From an uncultured bacterium (lineage in GTDB: Bacteria; Patescibacteriota; Gracilibacteria; UBA1369; PNNO01), in the NCBI GenBank assembly GCA_963704705.1, contig OY969931.1:1230001-1262000 (forward strand): 32,000 bases of DNA, written 5' to 3'. Positions 31,794 through 32,000 of this stretch are shown in pieces; the first letter of the stretch is position 1; every line of letters begins with the position of its first letter. The position numbers were made by a program, and so were the translations under genes. Below the pieces are notes generated by a model. The model was not told where the DNA came from and did no database searches. It saw nothing but the letters and a program-made list of their open reading frames with translations.

Positions 31794-32000
31794 CTAAATT
31801 TTATCAATAACCTGAGCAATTATATATGCTGCCTCACCTCTGCCGATTTCTTCTTCAGCAACAAAAGTCGAGCCGTTATATAATCCGTTGCTAACCGCCC
31901 AATCCATATAAGGCTTATACCACTCCTGGCCAGGCTTAACAGTTGGCAAACTAATTCCCGCGCTTTCCAAAGCCATTTTTATTGCTTCGACACGATTGAC
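31794..32000 (-). CDS. C-terminal end of a protein with S-layer-homology (SLH)-like repeats; the gene continues beyond the window end
   Basis: The frame stays open to nt 32000 (VNRVEAIKMALESAGISLPTVKPGQEWYKPYMDWAVSNGLYNGSTFVAEEEIGRGEAAYIIAQVIDKI). The W..Y..WAV.NGL..G..F.....I.RGEAA pattern matches the SLH consensus. Confidence 0.55.
   Translation of the reverse strand, partial: VNRVEAIKMALESAGISLPTVKPGQEWYKPYMDWAVSNGLYNGSTFVAEEEIGRGEAAYIIAQVIDKI

Overview
AT-rich, very compact bacterial window. Almost all genes are on the minus strand, with 1-4 nt overlaps and three convergent stop-stop overlaps. The style fits a reduced genome of the Patescibacteria/CPR type, but that lineage guess is inference only. 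Housekeeping content: uvrB (5' fragment); a pentose-phosphate/PRPP block (rpe, rpiB, prs, and a split transketolase whose two halves lie 7.3 kb apart); a folate block (COG0720 PTPS/QueD-like, CYTH, folK, then folP, pabC-like, ndk); lepB; a DUF192 lipoprotein; a secreted NodB-LysM-GHL wall enzyme; and an AbrB/RelE-type toxin-antitoxin pair. Accessory content: (i) an approximately 1885-aa surface protein with a beta-solenoid-like Gly/Asn/Thr-rich region, a P/E-rich linker, thrombospondin-type-3 Ca-binding repeats, Ig-like modules and a C-terminal TM anchor. (ii) A roughly 0.5 kb GC-rich island holding an orphan 117-aa ORF and a G-tract cluster. (iii) The most interesting region: a tightly packed five-gene minus-strand operon (19933-30737) with its own near-consensus extended -10 promoter and a strong intrinsic terminator. 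It encodes 102-, 1462-, 660-, 1282- and 74-aa proteins. The three large ones are Lys/Glu-rich, apparently coiled-coil, and lack N-terminal signal peptides and any catalytic or NTPase motif I could see. Each carries an internal glycine-zipper-like hydrophobic block. I recognise no family for them. An HNH endonuclease gene and the end of an SLH-like protein lie upstream. All calls come from reading the translations and DNA by eye; no database search or structure prediction was possible.
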